Source of the DNA: Acidimicrobiales bacterium
Lineage (GTDB): Bacteria; Actinomycetota; Acidimicrobiia; Acidimicrobiales; SHLQ01
Length of the DNA: 54,779 bases
Direction: 5' to 3'
Assembly: GCA_051011575.1 (NCBI GenBank)
Contig: JBPCTR010000304.1
Span: forward strand, 1-54,779
Each line of letters starts with the position of its first letter. Position 1 is the first letter of the stretch. A model generated the notes under the pieces. It made no database searches. It saw nothing but the letters and a program-made list of their open reading frames with translations, and was not told the DNA's origin. A program made the position numbers and the translations under genes. Positions 43,974 through 53,727 of the stretch are shown piece by piece.

Positions 43974-44729
43974 ATGACCCTCATCGACACCCCAGTAATC
44001 ACCGAGTTGGCCGCTCGGACCGAAGCGGCAACACGCGTCTACGGCAGCGGAGACACTCGAGTTACTGCGCTCGACGCGGTTGACACCACCTTCACAAAGG
44101 GCCAGTTCACGGCGATCATGGGTCCCTCGGGCTCGGGCAAGTCGACGCTGATGCACTGCCTCGCAGGCCTCGACCGACTCTCGGACGGCCGGGTGGTCAT
44201 CGGCGACACCGATCTCTCGACGCTCTCTGAGAAGGAGCTGACGCTGCTCCGGCGTACGAAGATCGGCTTCGTCTTCCAGGCGTTCAATCTCGTGCCGACA
44301 CTCAGCGCGGCCGAGAACATCACCCTTCCACTCGATCTCGGACGAAACGGCCGCAATGAAGCCTGGATCGACGAGGTCGTGCAGGCGGTCGGCCTCGGTG
44401 ATCGACTTGCACACAAGCCCAACGAGCTCTCGGGCGGGCAGCAGCAGCGGGTCGCGGTTGCTCGTGCCCTCGCTTCGCGCCCCGAGGTCGTCTTCGCCGA
44501 CGAACCGACCGGCAATCTCGATTCGACCACCGGCGCCGAGATCCTCGACTTCATGCGTCGAGCGGTGAACGAGTATCGCCAGACCATCGTGATGGTCACC
44601 CACGACCCCGTCGCGGCGTCGTACGCCGACCGGGTTCTGTTCCTGGCCGATGGTCGGATCGAGTCGGAGCTGGACGATCCGAGCACCGACGAGATCTTGT
44701 CGACGCTTCGTACCGTCGGAACCCGCTGA
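43974..44729 (+). CDS. ABC transporter ATP-binding protein (MacB/LolD/FtsE-like)
   Basis: Walker A GPSGSGKST, signature LSGGQQQR, Walker B VVFADEPTGNLD. Confidence 0.9.
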   Translation: MTLIDTPVITELAARTEAATRVYGSGDTRVTALDAVDTTFTKGQFTAIMGPSGSGKSTLMHCLAGLDRLSDGRVVIGDTDLSTLSEKELTLLRRTKIGFVFQAFNLVPTLSAAENITLPLDLGRNGRNEAWIDEVVQAVGLGDRLAHKPNELSGGQQQRVAVARALASRPEVVFADEPTGNLDSTTGAEILDFMRRAVNEYRQTIVMVTHDPVAASYADRVLFLADGRIESELDDPSTDEILSTLRTVGTR

Positions 44730-44758
44730 GCGGGCGACGGCAGGGGAGGAACAACATC

Positions 44759-47290
44759 ATGTGGAACATCACCCGCAAAAACGTGGCGGCGAACAAGGTT
44801 CGACTGGCACTCACTGCGCTCGCCATCGTGCTCGGCGTGGGCTTCATCAGCGCCGCCAACATCCTGAGCGACGGCCTCCGTGATTCGTTCGGAGATCTCG
44901 CGACCGAGATCGTGCAGGGTACCGACCTCGAGGTCCGCGCGTCGGACGAGGACCGAGGTCTCAATGCGGTCCAAGTCGCCCAGATCAACGAGATCGGTGG
45001 CGTTCGAGCCGCAATCGGAAGCGTCGAAGGATGGGACAACACTGTCCTTCCTGTGAAACCCGATGGCGACACGATCAGCCAGCAGGGTCCGCCTCAGATC
45101 GCCTTCGGTTGGATCGATGACAACCAGCTCAATCCGAGCTCGATCGAATCGGGACGAGCACCCGAAGGTCCGGGGGAGTGGGTGATTGACTTCACGAGCG
45201 CTGAGAACCACGGGTTTGTGATCGGGGAGACCTACGACCTCGTTGTGCCGACAGAAGCCGGGATCACCCAGGCGACCCTGGTGGGAACACTCCGGTTCGG
45301 TCAGGACAACACGACCAATGGTGCCGTGCTGATGGCGATGGAGGCGACGACGGCGATGGCCGAGTTCGGCATCTCCGGCAACTTCGACAGCATCGTGATC
45401 GCAACCGACGGCTCTCGTGCTGTCGCCGATGTACAGGCCGACGTGGACCGGGCGATAGGCCCGGGCTTCGAGAGTCTCGACAACGCCGACCTCAACTCTG
45501 AGCAGCGGGCACAGTTCAATTCGTTCATCAATGTCTTCGCCTGGGTCCTGCGGACGTTTGCGATCGTGGCGCTGTTCGTGTCGATCTTCATCATCGCCAA
45601 CACCTTCAACATCGTTATGAGCCAGCGGGTTCGCGAGCTCGGTTTGCTTCGCGCAATCGGCGCGACGCCCCGGCAGGTCCAGCGAGCCGTGGTCGCCGAG
45701 GCCACGGTTGTGGGTCTGGTGGCATCGGTCGTCGGGCTGGCGGTCGGACTTGGTCTCGCCTACGGCATGGAGGCCGCGCTCAACGCAATCGGCGCCGAGC
45801 TTCCCTCCTTCGGCAAGCCGATAACCGTGGCGACGGCAGTCATCGGAGTCGGTGTGGGTGTTGGCGTCACGGTTCTCTCGGCGTGGGTTCCGGCCCGAAA
45901 GGCTGGTCGGGTCTCGCCGATCGCAGCGATCTCCGGGCACGACTCGGTGGAAGGTTCCGAGGGCAGGCGATCACTCATGATCGGCGCACTGCTCTCGGCC
46001 GTTGGTGCCGGTCTGACCGGTACGGCGCTGTTCGGCGGCATCGACAGCACGGCGAACGTCCTGATCATGCTGGGGATGGGGGCGGCCGTGCTCTTCGTGG
46101 GCATCACGCTCCTCAGCCCGATCGTGGCGGCGCCCATTTCGCGGACGATCGGCGCACCTCTTCGTGCGGTGTTCCGCAAGCCCGGTGCTCTCGCCACCGA
46201 GAACGCAGCTCGCAATCCACGGCGAACCGCGACGACCGCGGCCGCCCTGATGATCGGCCTGTCGCTGGTGTCGATGGCATTCGTGGTCGGCCAGTCGCTG
46301 AAGTCCGACCTCAACGAACTACTCGAGTCGACCGTGCAGGCCGACTATGCAGCGTTCGGAGCATCGGAGTCGGGTCTCGTTCCGCTTGCCGTCGGCGAGC
46401 AGCTCGCCGAGAGCGATCACCTCGTCGACGTGGCCGGCATGCGGTACTGGTCGACCGACATCGACGGCGTCGACACCGAGGTATCGACCCTTCCTCTCGC
46501 ATCGATCGACTCGGTGTTCGATCTCGGGTTGACCGAGGGAAGTTACGAGGCGATCACCGACGAGTCGCTCGGGCTGCGTCAGGCGGTGGCGGACGATCTC
46601 GGGGTCGGCCTCGGCGATTCGGTCTCGGTGGATCTCAGCAATGGATCCTCCGTCGAACTGGAGGTTGCTGCGCTGTTCGACGACGGGAACATCTTCGAGG
46701 GGGCGCTCGTCACGGGAGCCCGCTACGAGACGATCGGAGATCAGACGAGTTTCGACTGGGTCGCGGCATCGATCGCTCCTGGATCAACCGCGGAGCAGGC
46801 GCAAGCCGACATCGACGCCGTTTCGGCCGGGTTCCCCCAACTCGATGTGCAGTCGGCGGCCGGCTACCGCGAGAGCATCAGCGGGCAGGTCGACTTCTTG
46901 CTCCAGGTGCTTAGCGGATTCCTCGGTTTGGCGATCCTGATCGCCTTCATCGGCATCGTGAACACGATGGCGCTGTCGATCTTCGAGCGCACACGGGAAC
47001 TCGGACTGTTGAGAGCGGTTGGCATGACCCGCCGCCAGATGCACCGGATGGTTCGTTGGGAGGCGGCGATCGTGAGCGGCGTGGGTGCGATCCTCGGAGC
47101 TGTCGTCGGCATCGTGTTCGGCGTACTCGTGGTGACCGCAACTCCAAGCGACATCCTCGACAACCTGGCCGTGCCCTGGCTCTCGATCGGAGTGCTGGTC
47201 GTGGTCGCAATGGCCGCCGGACTGGTCGCCGGTTTCCTACCCGCCCGCCGTGCCGGAAAGCTCGACGTCCTCGACGCCATCGCCAGCTAG
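44759..47290 (+). CDS. ABC transporter permease with two FtsX/MacB-type domains
   Basis: 843 aa. There are two 4-TM FtsX-like blocks, each following a large extracytoplasmic domain (RVRELGLLRAIGATPRQV and RTRELGLLRAVGMTRRQM). Confidence 0.9.
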   Translation: MWNITRKNVAANKVRLALTALAIVLGVGFISAANILSDGLRDSFGDLATEIVQGTDLEVRASDEDRGLNAVQVAQINEIGGVRAAIGSVEGWDNTVLPVKPDGDTISQQGPPQIAFGWIDDNQLNPSSIESGRAPEGPGEWVIDFTSAENHGFVIGETYDLVVPTEAGITQATLVGTLRFGQDNTTNGAVLMAMEATTAMAEFGISGNFDSIVIATDGSRAVADVQADVDRAIGPGFESLDNADLNSEQRAQFNSFINVFAWVLRTFAIVALFVSIFIIANTFNIVMSQRVRELGLLRAIGATPRQVQRAVVAEATVVGLVASVVGLAVGLGLAYGMEAALNAIGAELPSFGKPITVATAVIGVGVGVGVTVLSAWVPARKAGRVSPIAAISGHDSVEGSEGRRSLMIGALLSAVGAGLTGTALFGGIDSTANVLIMLGMGAAVLFVGITLLSPIVAAPISRTIGAPLRAVFRKPGALATENAARNPRRTATTAAALMIGLSLVSMAFVVGQSLKSDLNELLESTVQADYAAFGASESGLVPLAVGEQLAESDHLVDVAGMRYWSTDIDGVDTEVSTLPLASIDSVFDLGLTEGSYEAITDESLGLRQAVADDLGVGLGDSVSVDLSNGSSVELEVAALFDDGNIFEGALVTGARYETIGDQTSFDWVAASIAPGSTAEQAQADIDAVSAGFPQLDVQSAAGYRESISGQVDFLLQVLSGFLGLAILIAFIGIVNTMALSIFERTRELGLLRAVGMTRRQMHRMVRWEAAIVSGVGAILGAVVGIVFGVLVVTATPSDILDNLAVPWLSIGVLVVVAMAAGLVAGFLPARRAGKLDVLDAIAS

Positions 47291-47307
47291 CGGAGCCCCC
47301 CAAAGGC

Positions 47308-47351
47308 GCCCGGCACTCTCGAGTCGAGAGTGTCGGGCTTCTTGCTTTTCC
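47308..47351 (+). terminator. Rho-independent terminator between the convergent FtsX-permease and crp-like genes
   Basis: 14-bp stem GCCCGGCACTCTCG / CGAGAGTGTCGGGC (one G-U pair) with a 3-nt loop, followed by TTCTTGCTTTTCC. Confidence 0.7.
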
Positions 47352-47354
47352 GTT

Positions 47355-48014
47355 CTAGCGCGAGCGGATCTCGAGCTGTTTGCGGTTGGTGATCGTGTAC
47401 CGGCGATCGGTCTGGGTGAGCCAGCCGAGTCGGATGAAGGCACTGATTGCCTTGTTCACCCGTTCACGGGAAGCGCCGACCATGCCCGACAGTTCTTCCT
47501 GAGTGATGGGCAGCGTGAACTCATCCGAGTCGCCCGCCAGTTCGAGTAGGCGTTTGGCCGTGCGCCCGGTGACGTCGAGGAAGACCGAGTCGGCGAGTGC
47601 TTCGTCCATCGATCGCAGCCGGCGGGCCAACATGTCGACCACGCGCCAGAGCGCCTCTGGGTGCGCCTCATATGTCGAGCGAACTGGGCCGTAGGGGATC
47701 TCGGCGACCTTCGAAGGTTCAAGTGCTCGAGCTTCCGCCGACCGCCCCAATCCGTCGAACAATCCCATCTCGCCGAAGAGATCGCCGTCCTCCATGAGTG
47801 CGACCACCGATTCCCGGCCGTCGATCGATTTATTGGCGATGGCGATACGACCACTGATGACGATGTACAGCGCGTCTGGTTCCTGCCCTTCGTCGAAGAG
47901 CACATCGCCGCGCCACAGCGACTTCTCCGTAGCGGAGGCGGCGAGCTCGTCGATCATTTCCGGATCTACATCCCGGAAGAGATCAGACGAGGTGAGAAGT
48001 GAGGTGTCAACCAT
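47355..48014 (-). CDS. Crp/Fnr family transcriptional regulator (cNMP-binding domain plus HTH)
   Basis: 220 aa from the ATG (cat at 48012-48014). cNMP-binding beta-roll (LFDEGQEPDALYIVISGRI...GDLFGEMGLFD...RSAEARA) and C-terminal HTH (QEELSGMVGASRERVNKAISAF). Confidence 0.9.
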   Translation of the reverse strand: MVDTSLLTSSDLFRDVDPEMIDELAASATEKSLWRGDVLFDEGQEPDALYIVISGRIAIANKSIDGRESVVALMEDGDLFGEMGLFDGLGRSAEARALEPSKVAEIPYGPVRSTYEAHPEALWRVVDMLARRLRSMDEALADSVFLDVTGRTAKRLLELAGDSDEFTLPITQEELSGMVGASRERVNKAISAFIRLGWLTQTDRRYTITNRKQLEIRSR

Positions 48015-48035
48015 GTCATCGGCGATGATAGTGAC

Positions 48036-48722
48036 ATGAACGCCGCCGATGTTGATCAGCAGCCAGCGCGCACCTCCGACGTGTGGACGATCGTCGTGGC
48101 CGGTGGCTCGGGACTCCGCTTCGGCTCCCGCAAACAGTTCGTCGAGCTCCACGGTCGATCGGTGCTGCAACGGTCCATCGATACGGCTGCTGGCTGCTCT
48201 TCGGGCGTGGTCGTCGTCGTCCCACAGGACGCGATCGATTGCACGGGCATCGAGTCCAGCGACGGCGTTGAGCTGCGCATCGTGGCCGGTGGCGATACGC
48301 GCGCCGCGTCGGTTCGGGCGGGCCTCGCCGAGGTACCGGCCACGACCGGTGTGGTCCTGGTACACGACGCTGCCCGCCCGCTCGCCAGCGCTGCCGTCTT
48401 CGAGCGGGTCATCGATGCGGTTCGTGCAGGCGCCGATGCGGCGGTTCCGGTCACCCCGCTTGCCGACTCGATCCGGACGCGCTCCGGCGACCCCGTCGAT
48501 CGAGCCGACCTCGTCGCCGTGCAGACTCCACAGGGGTTCCCGGTAGGCGCCCTACGACGGGCACACGCGGATGGGGCCGACGCGACCGACGACGCCACCC
48601 TCGTCCAGGCGACAGGCGGTACCGTCGCAATGGTCGACGGCGAACTGTGGAACCGTAAGATCACCGACCCCTCGGACCTCGCGGCCATCGAGGCGGTCCT
48701 TGAATGGAGAGCCTCCCAATGA
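48036..48722 (+). CDS. ispD: 2-C-methyl-D-erythritol 4-phosphate cytidylyltransferase
   Basis: IVVAGGSGLRFG, VLVHDAARP, VQTPQGF. The start may instead be the GTG at 48081. Confidence 0.9.
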   Translation: MNAADVDQQPARTSDVWTIVVAGGSGLRFGSRKQFVELHGRSVLQRSIDTAAGCSSGVVVVVPQDAIDCTGIESSDGVELRIVAGGDTRAASVRAGLAEVPATTGVVLVHDAARPLASAAVFERVIDAVRAGADAAVPVTPLADSIRTRSGDPVDRADLVAVQTPQGFPVGALRRAHADGADATDDATLVQATGGTVAMVDGELWNRKITDPSDLAAIEAVLEWRASQ

Positions 48723-49210
48723 GCGAACACCCCGAGATCCGGGTCGGCCAGGGCTTCGACATCCATCCATACGGCACCGACGCGGCCCGGCCGATGGTGC
48801 TCGGTGGAGTGCACTTTGATGGCCCCGGCCTCGCGGGTCACAGCGATGCCGATGTGATCGCTCACGCGGTCACAGACGCACTTCTCGGTGCTGCTGGTCT
48901 GGGGGACATCGGCTCGTTTTTCCCCGACACTGATCCGGCGCTCGAGAATGCCGACAGCATCGAGCTGCTCCGATCGGCGGCCTCCGCGGTTCGCCGGGCG
49001 GGTTGGGAACCGATGAACTCCGACTGCTCTGTCGTGCTCGACATGCCGAAACTTGCGCCAGTTCGTACCGACATGGAGGCTCGGCTCACCGCCGCGATCG
49101 GAGCTCCCGTCACCGTGAAGGGCAAGCGTCCCGAAGGAATCGGTGCACTCGGACGGGGCGACGGCGTGGCGTGTTGGGCGGTGGCGCTGGTGCGCCGAGC
49201 ACCTTCGTGA
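48719..49210 (+). CDS. ispF: 2-C-methyl-D-erythritol 2,4-cyclodiphosphate synthase
   Basis: IRVGQGFDIHPY, GHSDADVIAHAVTDALLGA. The ATGA overlaps the ispD stop. Confidence 0.95.
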   Translation: MSEHPEIRVGQGFDIHPYGTDAARPMVLGGVHFDGPGLAGHSDADVIAHAVTDALLGAAGLGDIGSFFPDTDPALENADSIELLRSAASAVRRAGWEPMNSDCSVVLDMPKLAPVRTDMEARLTAAIGAPVTVKGKRPEGIGALGRGDGVACWAVALVRRAPS

Positions 49211-49866
49211 TCGGCCTTGAAACCCGTCGCTTTGGGCCATTTCTGATCTATCGGATTCGGCCGCCGCGCGACAAGCGATTGGCGAACGTGATCATTGGAC
49301 TGGTGCTCTTCGGCTTTGCCTTGGGGCTCTCGGTGGAGGCCAGCCTCGGGGTGAACCCCTGGACTGTCTTCCACGGCGGACTTGCGAATCACACCCCTCT
49401 CACGATTGGGACCGCCACGATTGCCACGGGGCTGGTGCTCCTCGTGAGCTTCCCCGTTTATCAAGAGCCGATCGGCCTCGGAACGTTGCTCAACGTGGCG
49501 GTGATCGGCACCGTCACCGACCTCACCCTGTTTGCGATCCCTGATCTCGAGTCGATGGTCGCTCGTGTTCTTGCGCTGATCGCGGCGCCGATCCTGATCG
49601 GCCTCGCCTCGGGTCTGTACATCGGTGCAGGGCTGGGCCCGGGTCCGCGCGATGGCATCATGACGGCGCTCGAGCGGCGAAATCTCCCGGTGTGGTTCGC
49701 CCGAACCCTGATCGAGGTCACGGCGTTGAGCGTCGGTTGGCTCCTCGGTGGAAACGTCGGGTTCGGGACACTGTGGATGGCCGGGTCCGTCGGCTTTTGG
49801 GTTCACGTCTTCCTGCATCGGCTTCGGATCGATCACGCACCGGCACCCGTCGGCGAACGGCGCTGA
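49207..49866 (+). CDS. Integral membrane protein of unknown function (5-6 TM)
   Basis: The GTG at 49207 overlaps the ispF stop (GTGA). It has hydrophobic helices and high GC3. The family was not identified with confidence. Confidence 0.6.
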   Translation: MIGLETRRFGPFLIYRIRPPRDKRLANVIIGLVLFGFALGLSVEASLGVNPWTVFHGGLANHTPLTIGTATIATGLVLLVSFPVYQEPIGLGTLLNVAVIGTVTDLTLFAIPDLESMVARVLALIAAPILIGLASGLYIGAGLGPGPRDGIMTALERRNLPVWFARTLIEVTALSVGWLLGGNVGFGTLWMAGSVGFWVHVFLHRLRIDHAPAPVGERR

Positions 49867-49935
49867 TTGTCGCGGCATCAGGATCTGGATACCGTTCGGT
49901 GACGCATTTGTCGCGTCGTGTGAAGGAATCACAGC

Positions 49936-51030
49936 ATGAATGTCCGACGAAACTTCAGCGTGCTTGCTGCGGCGGCACTGGTGGCGGTTCTTCTGTCGAG
50001 CGCCCAGGCAACCGCGCAGCAGACCCACCTTTGCGACGGCGAGGTGGCCACCATCGTTGGTACACCCGGCGACGACGTGATCCGAGGCACCAATGGCCGC
50101 GATGTCATCGTCGGACTCGCCGGTAGCGACCGGATCATCGGCGGTCGGGGTCACGACCTGATCTGCGGCGGCAGCGGTCCCGACAAGCTCGCCGGGGGCG
50201 CCGGCCGGGATCGCGTGATCGGTGGAGGAGGCAGCGACCGAATCTCCGGCGGATCCGCCGCCGACACGGTGATCGGAGGCGGCGGAAACGACCGCCTTTT
50301 CGGCTCTGGCGGCGACGACACGATCATCGGCGGGCCCGGCAAGGATCGGATTTTTGGTGAGATCGGGAACGACACGTGCACGATCGACACCGACGATCTC
50401 CTCAACCGCACCTGTGAACTCGGCAACTACAGGACCTGGACCGGCGTCGGTGACGACGTTCTCCGGCCCCGGCTTCCCCGATCATTCATCGCGGCGACCG
50501 ATTGCCCCGCGACCGGCACGCTTTGCAGCAACTACTACGTGGCGAAGGTCGCGGTGGATGGGCCCGCGTCGTTCGACGCTCTCGGCCTCCAGGCGTTCAA
50601 CGCCGATGGCGAGCACATCATCGGATACGGGGATGCCGGCGATCGCTACGAGGGCGTCTTCCTCTTCCATGAGCGCCCGGCCGCCATCGAGTTCGACAGC
50701 GGCGGGTCCGGGTCGTGGTCGGTCACGTTTGTGCAGGCGAGCGGGGTCGTCGCGGCGCCGGCTCGGCTCACGAGCACGGGAAATCGCGTCTACCGCCTGC
50801 CACGCCCGCTGACCGGGCTCGTCACGACCGATGCGACATGGGACGGTTTCGGCAACTTTGCCGTGATCGGCGTGTCGCCCACCGACGGCAGGAGGTTGCT
50901 TGTGAACGAGGTTCGCTTCAACGGAACCCACACCCCGCCGTTCACCGTCGATCGGGTTGCGATTCCGGGTATCTCGCTGGTTCAGGTTCTCTCCGACGAA
51001 GGATCCTGGACCGTCGAGCTCGGCAACTAG
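49936..51030 (+). CDS. Secreted protein with about 10 RTX-like Ca2+-binding nonapeptide repeats and a C-terminal domain of unknown function
   Basis: Sec-type signal MNVRRNFSVLAAAALVAVLLSSAQATA. Tandem GxxGxDxhx repeats (GTPGDDVIRGTNGRDVIVGLAGSDRIIGGRGHDLICGGSGPDKLAGGAGRDRVIGGGGSDRISGG...). Confidence 0.8.
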   Translation: MNVRRNFSVLAAAALVAVLLSSAQATAQQTHLCDGEVATIVGTPGDDVIRGTNGRDVIVGLAGSDRIIGGRGHDLICGGSGPDKLAGGAGRDRVIGGGGSDRISGGSAADTVIGGGGNDRLFGSGGDDTIIGGPGKDRIFGEIGNDTCTIDTDDLLNRTCELGNYRTWTGVGDDVLRPRLPRSFIAATDCPATGTLCSNYYVAKVAVDGPASFDALGLQAFNADGEHIIGYGDAGDRYEGVFLFHERPAAIEFDSGGSGSWSVTFVQASGVVAAPARLTSTGNRVYRLPRPLTGLVTTDATWDGFGNFAVIGVSPTDGRRLLVNEVRFNGTHTPPFTVDRVAIPGISLVQVLSDEGSWTVELGN

Positions 51031-51032
51031 CG

Positions 51033-51935
51033 ATGGCTCGCCGCCCCCAGAACAAGGGTGGGAACCGTCGTGCCCGCCCACGCGCGCAAGGCCGCCCGAA
51101 CAACAACCGCCAGGGTCAGCGCGGGACAACGCCGATGCGTGCTGACGCTGCCTCGGCGGGCGGGGGTGCCGGCGGGGGTGAAGCCCGTCGGTCGAAGGGC
51201 CCTGGAGGCGAACGAGTGGAGGGTCGGCAGGCGGTGCGTGAGCTGCTGTTGGCGGGAGTGCGCCGCCCGCGCGAGATCGTGATGGCGGCCGGTGTGGACT
51301 CGGCGCCGATCCTCGAGGACATCGTCGAGCTGGCAACCGAGGCCCGAGTTCCCGTTCGTGAGGTTGCCCGGAAGGCCTTCGATGCGCTCTCCGACACCGA
51401 GTCGGCCCAAGGGGTGCTCGCCGAGGCGGCACCGCTCGAGACGGTGGAGATCGAAGACCTGATCGACGAACCTCTCCCGTTTCTCGTGATGGTCGACGGG
51501 GTCACCGATCCGCACAATCTGGGAGCGATCTTCCGGTCGGCGGACGCTGCCGGCGCGACGGGAATCGTGCTTCCCCGCCATCGTTCTGCACGGGTGAGTG
51601 CCACTGTCACCAAGACCGCCGCGGGCGCAGTCGAGCATGTGCCGATCGCGACGGTTGCCGGAATCCCAGCGGCGATCCAGCAGATCAAGTCAAACGATGT
51701 TTGGGTCGTCGGGCTGGACGAAGCCGGCACCCGGTCGATCTTCGATCTCGATCTGGCCGACCAGCCCCTCTGTCTCGTGTTGGGTGCGGAGGGCCCGGGG
51801 CTCTCCAGGCTCACACGCGAGCGCTGCGATCAACTCGTGTCGATTCCGATGCAGGGAGCGGTGGCGTCCCTCAATGTGTCGGCGGCGGCGACCGTGGCCA
51901 TGTTCGACGTGGCACGCCGGCGGATGAACGGCTGA
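51033..51935 (+). CDS. rlmB: 23S rRNA (guanosine-2'-O)-methyltransferase RlmB (SpoU/TrmH family)
   Basis: SpoU motifs DGVTDPHNLGAIFRSADAAG, LVLGAEGPGLS, IPMQGAVASLNVSAAATV. It has a basic low-complexity N-terminus. Confidence 0.85.
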   Translation: MARRPQNKGGNRRARPRAQGRPNNNRQGQRGTTPMRADAASAGGGAGGGEARRSKGPGGERVEGRQAVRELLLAGVRRPREIVMAAGVDSAPILEDIVELATEARVPVREVARKAFDALSDTESAQGVLAEAAPLETVEIEDLIDEPLPFLVMVDGVTDPHNLGAIFRSADAAGATGIVLPRHRSARVSATVTKTAAGAVEHVPIATVAGIPAAIQQIKSNDVWVVGLDEAGTRSIFDLDLADQPLCLVLGAEGPGLSRLTRERCDQLVSIPMQGAVASLNVSAAATVAMFDVARRRMNG

Positions 51936-51940
51936 CCGCG

Positions 51941-53149
51941 GTGCGCGCCGGAGTGATCTCCCTGCACACTTCGCCTCTCACGCAGGCGGGCGCGGGGGAC
52001 AGTGGCGGAATGAACGTCTACATCCGCGAGTTCGTCTCCTCGCTTACGCAGGCGGGCGTGCAGTGCGATGTGTTCGTTCGGCGCTGGCACGAGGAGCTCC
52101 AGCCCATCGTCGAGGTCGAGCCGGGTTTTCGGGTCATCCACGTTCCCGCGGGCGCCTGCGAGCTCGCGAAAGAGGATCTCCCAGGAATCGTCGACGAGTT
52201 CGTGACGTGGATGCGCGACTGGCTGGAGCGCGAACCGGTCGACGTGCTCCACGCGAACTACTGGCTGTCGGGCGTCGTCGGCCATCAGCTGAAACACGCG
52301 CTCGAGCTGCCGCTGATCACCACGTTCCACACCCTGGCTCGGGTGAAGGCCGAAATGGGCGACGAGGAACCACAGCGGCGAATCGATGCCGAAGCGACGG
52401 TCGTGAGCTGCTCCGACGTGCTCATCGCCAACGCTCCCCAGGAACGAATCCAATTGATCGAGCTGTACGGGGCCGAGTCGAGCCGCATCGAGATCGTCGC
52501 TCCGGGCGTCGACCGTGCCCTCTTTGCCCCGGGGCCTGCCGCCGGTGCCAGGGACGCGATCGGCTACGACGCCGGGCCGCTCATTCTCTTCGTCGGCAGG
52601 ATTCAACCCCTCAAGGGAGTTGACATCGCCGTCGGTGCGCTCGCGGAGCTCCAGGACCCAGCCGCGCGACTGATGATCGTCGGCGGCGCCAGCGGCGTCG
52701 AGGGTGAAGCCGAGATCGAGCGTCTCAACTCGATGATCGAAGGCCTGGACCTCGCCGGTCGCGTGATCTTCGTCGAGCCGCAGCCTCACTATGCGTTGTC
52801 GACGTTCTATCGAGCCGCGGACGTCGTCGTCATGCCCTCTCGCTCCGAGTCTTTCGGGCTCGTCGCGCTCGAGGCCGCCGCGTGCGGGCGGCCGGTCGTG
52901 GCGGCCGCCGTTGGTGGGCTTCGAACGCTCGTCGACGATGGTGTCACCGGGTACTTGATCGAGGAGAGAGACCCGGTCGCGTACGCAGAGGCAATCGAGC
53001 GGATCATCACCGATCCCCTCCACGCAGCTGCGCTGGGTGCGGCGGCGGCGGTTCACGCTGGCCGCTACCCGTGGTCCGGGCTCGCAAGCCGGCTTCGCTC
53101 GATTTACCACGACCTGGTCGAGGCCAGGTCGCTCGTCGACTGTTCGTAG
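51941..53149 (+). CDS. mshA: D-inositol-3-phosphate glycosyltransferase (mycothiol biosynthesis, GT4)
   Basis: Signature ISLHTSPLTQAGAGDSGGMNVY and GT4 C-terminal motifs (PSRSESFGLVALEAAACGRPVV). The GTG start at 51941 is inferred. Confidence 0.85.
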   Translation: MRAGVISLHTSPLTQAGAGDSGGMNVYIREFVSSLTQAGVQCDVFVRRWHEELQPIVEVEPGFRVIHVPAGACELAKEDLPGIVDEFVTWMRDWLEREPVDVLHANYWLSGVVGHQLKHALELPLITTFHTLARVKAEMGDEEPQRRIDAEATVVSCSDVLIANAPQERIQLIELYGAESSRIEIVAPGVDRALFAPGPAAGARDAIGYDAGPLILFVGRIQPLKGVDIAVGALAELQDPAARLMIVGGASGVEGEAEIERLNSMIEGLDLAGRVIFVEPQPHYALSTFYRAADVVVMPSRSESFGLVALEAAACGRPVVAAAVGGLRTLVDDGVTGYLIEERDPVAYAEAIERIITDPLHAAALGAAAAVHAGRYPWSGLASRLRSIYHDLVEARSLVDCS

Positions 53150-53157
53150 GAGCCACC

Positions 53158-53625
53158 GTGGACGACTGTGCACCGCCGACCGCCGAGGAGCGTGAGTCGG
53201 CGTTGGCTTCGCTCACCTCATGGCTGGTCGCAATCGCCGAGAACCCGGTTGTCGCCGCCGTGGTCGCCGACGACGAGTCCGAGCTCGACCGGTGGTTCGT
53301 GCGGGTCAATGGCGACTCGAAGGATGTGTACTCAGTGTGGTTCACCATGGGCCAACGAACCCTCGCGTACGAGACGTACGTGATGCCGGCGCCCGACGAG
53401 AATCACGCCCAGTTCTACGAGCAGCTCCTTCGTCGGAACGACAAGCTTCACCAACTGGCATTCACCGTCGGCGATGAGCATGCGGTGTTCCTGAAGGGAC
53501 GGATTGACATCCGCCACGTGACCCAGGATGCGCTCGATCAGGTGCTCGGGTCGGTCTACGCGGCGATCGAGCTTGCGTTCCTTCCCGCGATTCGGGTTGG
53601 CTTCGCGTCCAAATTCGGGACGTGA
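53158..53625 (+). CDS. YbjN-like domain protein (conserved hypothetical found downstream of mshA in actinobacteria)
   Basis: 155 aa, with the GTG at 53158 behind a TAGGAG RBS. The position after mshA and the alpha/beta pattern are consistent with the family. The assignment is tentative. Confidence 0.5.
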   Translation: MDDCAPPTAEERESALASLTSWLVAIAENPVVAAVVADDESELDRWFVRVNGDSKDVYSVWFTMGQRTLAYETYVMPAPDENHAQFYEQLLRRNDKLHQLAFTVGDEHAVFLKGRIDIRHVTQDALDQVLGSVYAAIELAFLPAIRVGFASKFGT

Positions 53626-53675
53626 CCGTCGTCGAGTTGCATTTCGGTATGTTTCATGTATTGTTGGCTGTCAAC

Positions 53676-53727
53676 GAGCCCTGTCGTTCGTGGCCATCGG
53701 GGAAGTTGGCCACACTCGGCAGGGCTC
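53676..53727 (+). other. Long nested hairpin in the 5' leader of the downstream solute-binding protein gene (candidate cis-regulatory RNA)
   Basis: Outer stem GAGCCCTG (53676-53683) / CAGGGCTC (53720-53727). Inner stem GTGGCCA (53690-53696) / TGGCCAC (53707-53713). A candidate promoter TTGCAT-16nt-TATTGT (53637-53664) precedes it. Confidence 0.3.
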
